Under the pieces are notes generated by a model that saw only the letters and a program-made list of their open reading frames with translations, had not been told where the DNA came from and did not search any database. DNA of 11,782 bases from an uncultured bacterium (GTDB lineage: Bacteria; CSSED10-310; CAZUFC01): assembly GCA_964619725.1 (NCBI GenBank), contig CAZUFC010000193.1, positions 1 to 11,782 on the forward strand, written 5' to 3'. The translations under genes were made by a program, and so were the position numbers. The stretch's first letter is position 1. The number at the start of each line of letters is the position of its first letter. This document shows positions 1 to 7,883 of this stretch, in pieces.

Positions 1-1
1 C

Positions 2-44
2 TGTCCAGCATTAAATTTTGAATCGACAATCGAGTTTATGGACA
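2..44. repeat. 43-nt palindromic (hairpin) repeat, copy 1
   Basis: TGTCCAGCATTAAATTTTGAATCGACAATCGAGTTTATGGACA. Terminal inverted repeat (C)TGTCCA...TGGACA(G). 35/43 ungapped identity to 164-206. May extend left of the window edge. Confidence 0.75.
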
Positions 45-157
45 GTCACTAACTAATTCGCTTACTCTAACGCTACAGTGGGAAAGCTTGCATTTTCTTT
101 GCAACTTATTGCCTTCATTGTCTTAACAAAGTAGATTGTTTTACGGATCAAAATTGA

Positions 158-212
158 AGCGCTTGTCCAGCAGTAAAATTTTAATCGCGCATCGAATTTT
201 TGGACACGCGCT
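158..212. repeat. 43-nt palindromic (hairpin) repeat, copy 2 (core 164-206) with extended stem
   Basis: AGCGCTTGTCCA (158-169) pairs 11/12 with TGGACACGCGCT (201-212). Inner stem AAAATT/AATTTT. Starts 162 nt after copy 1. Confidence 0.75.
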
Positions 213-254
213 GACAAGAGAAATTTTTCATGATTATAAAAATCCTGCGGCGTT

Positions 255-281
255 TTGATTCCAATTTTTTATTCTTATAAT
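255..281 (+). promoter_or_regulatory. possible sigma70-type promoter for the giant surface protein gene
   Basis: TTGATT (255-260) and perfect TATAAT (276-281), but the spacer is only 15 nt. The AT-rich background makes chance matches likely. Alternative: CTGACA(211)-N18-TATAAA(235). Confidence 0.3.
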
Positions 282-408
282 GGATATGAGCTGACCTCTG
301 ATTTAAAAGCACAGCAGTAAACAGGAAGGCTACTCAGTGATTTTATTTTCAGGCTCGAAGTTAACTGAATTATGAGAATAAACCGGGAATAAATTTTTCC
401 TGTATGAG

Positions 409-416
409 GGGAGGAG
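409..416 (+). promoter_or_regulatory. Shine-Dalgarno site
   Basis: GGAGG at 410-414, 6 nt upstream of ATG 421. Confidence 0.8.
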
Positions 417-420
417 TAAA

Positions 421-489
421 ATGAGAACTTTTCTGATTTTGTGTTTATTGGCGGTTTTATATGGATTTCAAGCTGTAAAGACAGACGCT
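421..489 (+). other. Sec signal peptide (cleavage probably after TDA or DAA)
   Basis: Basic N-terminus (MR), hydrophobic core FLILCLLAVLYGF, small-residue motif T-D-A-A just before module 1. Confidence 0.75.
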
Positions 490-3400
490 GCGGTATTCAA
501 TGTACCGGGCGATTATTCAAATATTCAGGATGCCGTGGGAGCCTGTTCTGACAGCGATACGATTTTGGTAGCTGACGGGACGTATTACGGTTCCGGTAAC
601 CGCAACATAGATTTCGGGGGAAAGGAGATAAGGCTGAAATCGGAGAACGGACCCTGGAATTGCATAATAGATTGCGAGAACAGCGGCCGGGGATTCTATT
701 TTCATACGAACGAGAGCGAGGATGCGATGGTGGAGGGTTTCACGATACGGCGGGGTTATTTATACAATCAGCCGGGCACGGGAATTTATTGCAACGGAAG
801 TTCTCCCACCATAGCGAACTGCATAATAAAGGACAACACTGCCGGATCGGGACAAAGAGGAGGCGGCATATATTGCAGCAATTCAACTGCAGTAATAGCT
901 CATTGTATGATCCGCAGCAACGTGGCGTATAACGGTCGCGGAGCGGGAATATACTGTCAGGACGGAAACATAACGATAAGCAACACGGCGATATGGAAGA
1001 ATTCCTGTGATTACGGAGCGGGAATTTACTGTAATAACAGCGTGCCGCAGATATCGGGGTGCACGGTTTCTGATAATACGGCGGACAATTACGGAGGCGG
1101 CGTTTATTGCGAGGATGCTTCTCCGGTCATTGTAAACAGTATAATATACGACAATTTTGGAGAAGAGATTTATGAGACGGGGACGAGTTCTCCTGATGTG
1201 ACCTATTCTGATGTTCAGGGGGGGCAGTCCGGAACGGGGAATATCAGCAGCGATCCTTTGTTTGTGGAAGGCTTTTTCGGTCCGTTTTATCTGAGCGAGA
1301 CGGCGGCAGGCCAGGCAGCGGACAGTCCCTGTATAGATTCAGGCGGCGGGCTATCCTCGGCCATTTGTTATACGACGTCCGAGGGGACGGAATGTATGGG
1401 CGACTGGACGACAAGGACCGATTCGATAGTGGACCTGGGGCAGGTCGATATGGGCGTTCACATGGAGATACCCTCCTTTCCGTCACCGACGCCGACGCCG
1501 ACGGTAATGCCGACGTTCACGCCCGGAGCGGTCATTCTCGTTCCTTCAGATCATTCGACCATTCAAGCAGCGGTCGATGCAGCATCAGACGGCGACAAAA
1601 TCATCGTTGCCGACGGCAGTTACTACGGTACGGGGAACAAGAACGTTGATTTTCACGGGAAGGAAATAGTCCTGGAATCGGAAAACGGCCCTGAATACTG
1701 CGTAATCGACTGCGAGAACAGCGGCCGCGGGTTCTATTTTCACACGAACGAAGAGGAATCGTCGATAGTCCGCGGATTCACGGTAAGACGAGGCTACCAG
1801 TACAATCAGCCGGGTATGGGCATTTACTGCAACAATGCTTCACCGACGATCGAAAATTGCGTAATACGGGACAACACTTCAGGAACAGGTCAGTACGGCG
1901 CCGGCATCTATTGTTATGCTTCCGATGCCGTGATATCGAATTGCTCTGTAATAAGAAACTCATGTCCTAACGGCCGCGGCGGAGGAATCGGCGGCAGATA
2001 TTCCTCGCCGTCGATAAACGAGTGCACGATCACAGGGAATTATTCTCGCAATGGCGGCGGCCTCTATTTTTATCTTCATACGCCGACCCTGAACAAATGC
2101 ACGATCCATAACAATACTGCAGAATATTACGGAGCAGGCGTATACAGCGACGTTTCGGATTTGACCATAACCAACAGCACGCTTTCCAGCAATACGACTT
2201 TCAATCAGACAGGAGCCGGCATTTTTTCATTTTATTCACCGGTTTACGCGATGAATTGCTGTTTCTACGGCAACGTCTCGCCGTCAAGCGGCGGCGGCAT
2301 GCACTGCGATTACAATGATGCCGTCATAATGAACTGCACGTTTCACGGCAATTCCGCTTCGACGGGCGGAGCGATATACTGCGACGACTCTTCGCCCTCG
2401 ATCGCGAACTGCATTATGTGGGAAAACGTGCCGAATGAGATTCAAACGACGGTCGAATCATATCCTGAAGTTGTATATTCGGATGTTTTCGACGGATATG
2501 CGGGCGAGGGCAATATCGATTCCGATCCCTCATTCGTCGGCGGAATACAGGGCGTTTATTATCTGAGTCAGGTCGCTGCAGGGCAGGGAGAAAACAGTCC
2601 CTGCCTGGACTCAGGCATGAATTTCGCCGCCGGCACGTGCTATACGGTATTGGACCACGCTCAATGCCTGGATGAACTGACCACCAGGACAGATCATGCG
2701 ACGGATGCAGGAATAGCGGACATGGGCTTTCATTACGACATGCCCGTCAGCCCTACTCCGACAGTTACGCCTTCTCCCACGCCCACCCTGGAACCGCCTA
2801 CGCGGACGCCGGCGACGATCATCGAAGTGCCGGACGATTTCGATACCATACAGGAAGCTATTGACGCAGCAAGCGAAGGGGACCTGGTTCTCGTCGAGGA
2901 CGGAACCTATTACGGGAACGGCAACAAGAATCTGGACTTCAACGGTAAGGAACTCGTCGTCGCCTCGGTCAATGGACCGCATTATACCGTAATAGACTGC
3001 GAAAACAGCGGTCGGGGCTTTATATTTCATACTAATGAGGATCATCATTCGATAGTCAGAGGATTCACCATCCGTCGCGGTTACCTTTATAATCAGCCCG
3101 GCATGGGTATTTACTGTAATAATGCCTCGCCCGTCATTGAAAATTGCATCATCAGGAACAACACATCCGGTACGGGTCAATACGGCGGCGGCATATACTG
3201 CTCATCCTCCGATGCCGTCATTTCCCGGTGTTCGATCATCCGTAATTCATGTCCCAACGGCTACGGAGGCGGCATCGGCGGGCGATATGCGTCTCCCGTC
3301 ATCTCTGATTGCCGCATAACCGAGAATTATTCGAGAGAAGGCGGAGGCATCTATTTTTATTTCGATTATCCGTCAGTGAACAAATGTACGATCATCAACA

Positions 3401-5727
3401 ATACGGCTGAATACTATGGCGGAGGAATAAGCAGCAGGGTTTCCTCCCTGACGCTGACGAACAGCACGATAGCTGAAAATACGACCTACAACCAGAGCGG
3501 CGCAGGTTTATATGGATTCTACACGTCGCCGCTGATCGCCAACTGCAACTTTTACGGCAATTCGGCTGCCGGGACCGGCGGGGCCATATTGTGCGATTAT
3601 ATCGACCCATTGATTCTTAACTGTACCTTTACGACTAATTCGGCGAGCCAGGCCGGCGCGGTCTATTGCATCGATTCTTCTCCTGAAATATCAAATTGCA
3701 TTTTGTGGGGAAATATTCCCAATGAAATAGTGAAGACCGGAGACTCTTATCCTGTCGTCAGTCATTGCGATATTGAAGGCGGATACAGCGGAACCGGCAA
3801 TATCGACGCATCCCCTGTATTCTACTCAGGAATGCAGGGGACGGCGTATCTCAGTCAGACGGCTGCAGGCCAGTCGTACGACAGTCCATGCGTAAATGCG
3901 GGAAGTGCAGCGGCCTCGGACGTCTGCTATCTGACGCAGGAAGGAGTTGTCTGTCTGGATGAATTGACGACGCGAACGGACCATGTAACGGATGCCGGTA
4001 CAGCCGACATGGGTTATCACTATGATATGCCGGTCAGTCCTACTCCCACGGCCACGCCGTCTGCGACCCCGACCATGGAATTTCCCACCTGGACGCCTGC
4101 GGCGGTTATCGAAGTTCCCGACGATTTCGACACTATACAGGACGCGATTGATGCTTCCGATGAGGGCGACCTGATTCTCATCGACGACGGCACTTATTAC
4201 GGGACCGGCAACAAGGACCTGGACTTTCACGGCAAGGAAATCGTCGTTTCTTCGGTAAACGGACCGCATTATACCGTAATAGACTGCGAAAACAGCGGCC
4301 GCGGGTTCATCTTTCATACGGGCGAAGACCATCATTCGGTAGTCAGAGGATTCACCATAAGAAGGGGATACCTCTATAATCAGCCGGGTATGGGCATCTA
4401 TTGCAACAATGCTTCCCCGACCATAGAAAACTGCATCATCAGAGACAATACTACCGGCACGGGACAATACGGCGGCGGCATTTATTGCCTGTCCTCCGAT
4501 GCGGTGATATCCGGCTGCACGATTCATCATAATTCCTGTCCCAACGGGTACGGCGGAGGCATAGGCGGACGTTATTCGTCTCCCGACATCAGCGATTGCA
4601 CCGTTACAGGAAATTACTCGCGCCAGGGCGGCGGCGTATATCTATATTTCGGCTATCCGACTATTGATGATTCCACCATTGAAAACAACACCGCGGAATA
4701 CTGGGGAGCCGGGATTTATTGCGACGTATCATCGCTCATACTGACCAACAGCACATTATCCGACAATACCGCTTACAACCAGAGCGGCGGCGGCTTTTAC
4801 GGTTTTTTCACTTCACCGGTCATAGCCAATTGTCTTTTCACCGGCAATTCCGTTCCCGGAAGCGGCGGAGCCATATACTGCGATTACATTGATCCCCTGG
4901 TTATGAACTGCACGATAGCCGGGAATACGGCGGGTTCCGGGGGAGGAATATATTGCGAAGATTCATCGCCGGAAGTGTTGAACAGCATCCTTTGGGGCGA
5001 TGTGCCCAATGAGGTGCAGACGACGGGAGATTCATTTCCGACGGTGGATTACTGCGATGTTGAGGAGGGTTACAGCGGCGACGGCAACATAGATGAGAAC
5101 CCCATATTTTATAACGGTCTGCAGGGCAATTACTACCTGGCGCAACTGGCTGCCGGACAGCTTTGGCAAAGCGTATGCGTCGATGCAGGAAGCGATGCGG
5201 CTGCAGATACCTGCTTCCTTACGGGAAAGGGCCTTCGCTGTATGGACGAATATACCACCAGGACTGACCATGTGACGGATGGAGCGCTGACGGACATCGG
5301 CTTCCATTACGGCATGTATCGGAGTCCTACTCCCACAGCAACGCCTTCTGCGACGCCTACGCAGGAGTTTCCCACCTGGACGCCTGCTGCAGTGATAAAT
5401 GTTCCCGGCGACTACGACAGAATCCAGGATGCGATTGATGCGGCAAACGATTATGACCTGGTGCTGGTTGACGACGGCACCTATTACGGAACCGGCAACA
5501 AGGACCTGGACTTCCACGGCAAGGAGATCGTCGTTTCATCGATTAACGGCCCGAAATATTGCGTCATCGATTGCGAAAACAGCGGCAGGGTTTTATTTTC
5601 CATACGAATGAAAACCGTCATTCGGTCGTACGGGGATTCACCGTCAGGCGAGGATATATCTATAATCAGTCGGGATTGGGAATTTACTGCAGTCATGCCT
5701 CGCCGACCATCGAAAACTGTATCATAA
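421..5727 (+). CDS. Giant secreted right-handed parallel beta-helix repeat protein (pectin-lyase-like/Pmp-type repeats), 5' part: signal peptide, modules 1-4 and start of module 5; the last 45 aa are out of frame
   Basis: Strong RBS. N-terminal MRTFLILCLLAVLYGFQAVKTDA signal peptide. Repeated VPxDxxTIQxAIDAAxxGDxxxVxDGTY starts, GGGIYC/GGAI and FxxN rungs, P/T linkers. Homology to the other modules stops after ENSGR (5589). Confidence 0.9.
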   Translation: MRTFLILCLLAVLYGFQAVKTDAAVFNVPGDYSNIQDAVGACSDSDTILVADGTYYGSGNRNIDFGGKEIRLKSENGPWNCIIDCENSGRGFYFHTNESEDAMVEGFTIRRGYLYNQPGTGIYCNGSSPTIANCIIKDNTAGSGQRGGGIYCSNSTAVIAHCMIRSNVAYNGRGAGIYCQDGNITISNTAIWKNSCDYGAGIYCNNSVPQISGCTVSDNTADNYGGGVYCEDASPVIVNSIIYDNFGEEIYETGTSSPDVTYSDVQGGQSGTGNISSDPLFVEGFFGPFYLSETAAGQAADSPCIDSGGGLSSAICYTTSEGTECMGDWTTRTDSIVDLGQVDMGVHMEIPSFPSPTPTPTVMPTFTPGAVILVPSDHSTIQAAVDAASDGDKIIVADGSYYGTGNKNVDFHGKEIVLESENGPEYCVIDCENSGRGFYFHTNEEESSIVRGFTVRRGYQYNQPGMGIYCNNASPTIENCVIRDNTSGTGQYGAGIYCYASDAVISNCSVIRNSCPNGRGGGIGGRYSSPSINECTITGNYSRNGGGLYFYLHTPTLNKCTIHNNTAEYYGAGVYSDVSDLTITNSTLSSNTTFNQTGAGIFSFYSPVYAMNCCFYGNVSPSSGGGMHCDYNDAVIMNCTFHGNSASTGGAIYCDDSSPSIANCIMWENVPNEIQTTVESYPEVVYSDVFDGYAGEGNIDSDPSFVGGIQGVYYLSQVAAGQGENSPCLDSGMNFAAGTCYTVLDHAQCLDELTTRTDHATDAGIADMGFHYDMPVSPTPTVTPSPTPTLEPPTRTPATIIEVPDDFDTIQEAIDAASEGDLVLVEDGTYYGNGNKNLDFNGKELVVASVNGPHYTVIDCENSGRGFIFHTNEDHHSIVRGFTIRRGYLYNQPGMGIYCNNASPVIENCIIRNNTSGTGQYGGGIYCSSSDAVISRCSIIRNSCPNGYGGGIGGRYASPVISDCRITENYSREGGGIYFYFDYPSVNKCTIINNTAEYYGGGISSRVSSLTLTNSTIAENTTYNQSGAGLYGFYTSPLIANCNFYGNSAAGTGGAILCDYIDPLILNCTFTTNSASQAGAVYCIDSSPEISNCILWGNIPNEIVKTGDSYPVVSHCDIEGGYSGTGNIDASPVFYSGMQGTAYLSQTAAGQSYDSPCVNAGSAAASDVCYLTQEGVVCLDELTTRTDHVTDAGTADMGYHYDMPVSPTPTATPSATPTMEFPTWTPAAVIEVPDDFDTIQDAIDASDEGDLILIDDGTYYGTGNKDLDFHGKEIVVSSVNGPHYTVIDCENSGRGFIFHTGEDHHSVVRGFTIRRGYLYNQPGMGIYCNNASPTIENCIIRDNTTGTGQYGGGIYCLSSDAVISGCTIHHNSCPNGYGGGIGGRYSSPDISDCTVTGNYSRQGGGVYLYFGYPTIDDSTIENNTAEYWGAGIYCDVSSLILTNSTLSDNTAYNQSGGGFYGFFTSPVIANCLFTGNSVPGSGGAIYCDYIDPLVMNCTIAGNTAGSGGGIYCEDSSPEVLNSILWGDVPNEVQTTGDSFPTVDYCDVEEGYSGDGNIDENPIFYNGLQGNYYLAQLAAGQLWQSVCVDAGSDAAADTCFLTGKGLRCMDEYTTRTDHVTDGALTDIGFHYGMYRSPTPTATPSATPTQEFPTWTPAAVINVPGDYDRIQDAIDAANDYDLVLVDDGTYYGTGNKDLDFHGKEIVVSSINGPKYCVIDCENSGRVLFSIRMKTVIRSYGDSPSGEDISIISRDWEFTAVMPRRPSKTVS

Positions 5728-7883
5728 AAGACAACAGCGCAAGCACGGGTCGACACGGCGGAGGCATTTACTGCTTGTCTTCCGAAGCCGTCATATCAGG
5801 ATGCACGATCCATCATAATTCATGCCCCAACGGTTACGGCGGAGGCATCAGCGGACGTTATTCATCCCCTGAAATAAGCGATTGCACTGTAACAGAAAAT
5901 TACTCGCGTGAGGGCGGAGGCATGTTTTTCTATTTCGGATATCCCACGGTAGACCGGTGCACTGTTGAAAACAATACGGCGGAATACTGGGGCGGCGGAA
6001 TATACAGCGACGTCTCATCGCTCATATTGACCAACAGCGCGCTGTCGAACAACAAGACGAATAATCAGAGCGGCGGGGGATTCTACGGATTCTATACTTC
6101 ACCCGCAATCGCCAATTGTCTCTTTTACGGTAATACGGCTGCAGGCGCAGGCGGAGGCATATTGTGCGATTACATCAATCCGCTGATACTGAACTGCACC
6201 TTTAGCGGGAATTCGGCTGGGAACGGCGGCGCTGTTTATTGCGAGGACTCTTCTCCGAAAATAATCAACAGCATTTTATGGGGCGATGCTCCCAATGAAA
6301 TCAGAACGACGGGCGATTCTTTCCCCATAGTGGAATATTGCGATATCGAGGACGGCTATAGCGGCGAAGGCAATCTTGATGAGAATCCGATTTTCTACCC
6401 CGGTCTGCAGGGCATCCATTACCTGGCGCAGCTCGCTGCCGGACAGGGGTGGCAGAGCGTATGCGCGGACGCCGGCGCTGATCTCGCCGCCGATGTCTGC
6501 TTCCTCACCGGCGACGGCATCCATTGCCTGGACGAATATACCACCAGAACAGATCACGTCGCAGATCAGGGACTCGCTGACCTGGGGCATCATTATCCAA
6601 TGCCTGTAAGCCCCACTCCGACGATGACGCCTACTCCCTCCCCTACGCAGATGCCCGCCACCGCAACGCCGGAGCACGTCATTTATGTCCCGGAGGACTA
6701 CGATACCATTCAGGCTGCCATCGATGCCGCTGAAGAAGGCGATATGGTCCTGGTGTCAGACGGCACCTATACCGGTACAGGCAACAAGAACCTGGATTTT
6801 CACGGAAAAGAGATCATTACGGCATCAGTCAGCGGACCGGAATTATGCGTTATCGATTGCGAAAACAGCGGCCGCGGCTTCCATTTTCACACCAATGAAA
6901 ACAGGCGCTCCATTCTTGACGGCTTCACCATACAGAACGGCTATAACTATAATCAGGACGGCGCCGGAATATACTGCAACCGTACCTCGCCCGTCATTAA
7001 AAATTGCATTATAATGAACAATTCCACCAGTACCGGTCAGCGGGGAGGAGGCATATACTGTTATGAAGCGGAACCTCTCATCGAAAATTGCACGGTGACA
7101 GGCAACACGTGTCCAAACGGTTACGGCGGCGGCATAGCCGGCCGGTACGCCTCACCCGTCATCATCAAATGCGACGTGACCGACAATTACGCCCGGTCCG
7201 GCGGCGGAATGCACTTCTACCTGGGATACCCTACGGTCGACGATTGCACCGTCACGAACAATACTTCCACTTACTGGGGAGGCGGAATATACAGCGACGT
7301 TTCGGAGCTGAACCTGACGAATTCGGTTCTAGCCTATAATGCCGCGGAAAATCAAAACGGCGCAGGGTTCTACGGACACTACATCAGCAGCGTCATAATT
7401 AACTGCCTGTTCCATCACAACAGCGCTGCAGGTACGGGCGGCGGAATATTCTGCGATTACAACGATGCCGTCATCATGAACTGCACTTTCACCGACAATA
7501 CGGCTTCCAACGGCGGCGCAGTCTATTGCGACGACTCATCCCCGCAACTGATCAATTGCATACTCTGGAGCGATACGCCCAACGAATTCAATTACACCGG
7601 CGATTCGATTCCCGTTCTGAACTACTGCGACGTGGAAGACGGCTTTTCAGGCGACGGAAATATCGATGCCGATCCTGTTTTCACTTCCGGCAGCCTGGGC
7701 GATCATTACCTCAGCCAGACCGCCGCAGGGCAGACCATCGACAGTCCCTGCAAAGACGCCGGCGACAGCCCCTCAAGCGACGTCTGCTACAGAACCGATA
7801 AATGGATCATGTGCATGAACCAGGCCTTCACCAGAACGGATGAAATAACGGACGACGGTATTGTGGACATGGGTTATCACTAC
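493..7883 (+). repeat. six tandem intragenic beta-helix modules (starts 493, 1531, 2818, 4105, 5392, 6678)
   Basis: Modules 2-6 have a 402-aa body, with 27-aa P/T linkers between them (429-aa period). Module 1 has a 324-aa body plus a 22-aa linker. Each ends in TRTD...DxGxH. Confidence 0.95.

Noticed and set aside
1-212. CRISPR array or integron attC interpretation of the leader repeats
   Set aside because: Only two copies, 81% identical, with a 119-nt spacer. No cas or integrase genes in the window, and I did not recognise attC RYYYAAC/GTTRRRY ends.
5559-5588. Independent TTG start for the 877-aa ORF
   Set aside because: No signal peptide or clear RBS, it begins mid-module, and the 1286-nt spacing shows it is a frameshifted continuation.
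2611-6677. Antisense ORFs 2611-3180, 3826-4530, 5032-5517, 6276-6677 that resemble each other
   Set aside because: They are shadows of the repeated + strand modules; their mutual similarity is explained by the sense repeats.
493-7883. Diversity-generating retroelement VR/TR pair among the repeats
   Set aside because: Differences involve all bases and many synonymous positions, not only adenines. All copies are in-frame coding, and there is no reverse transcriptase in the window.
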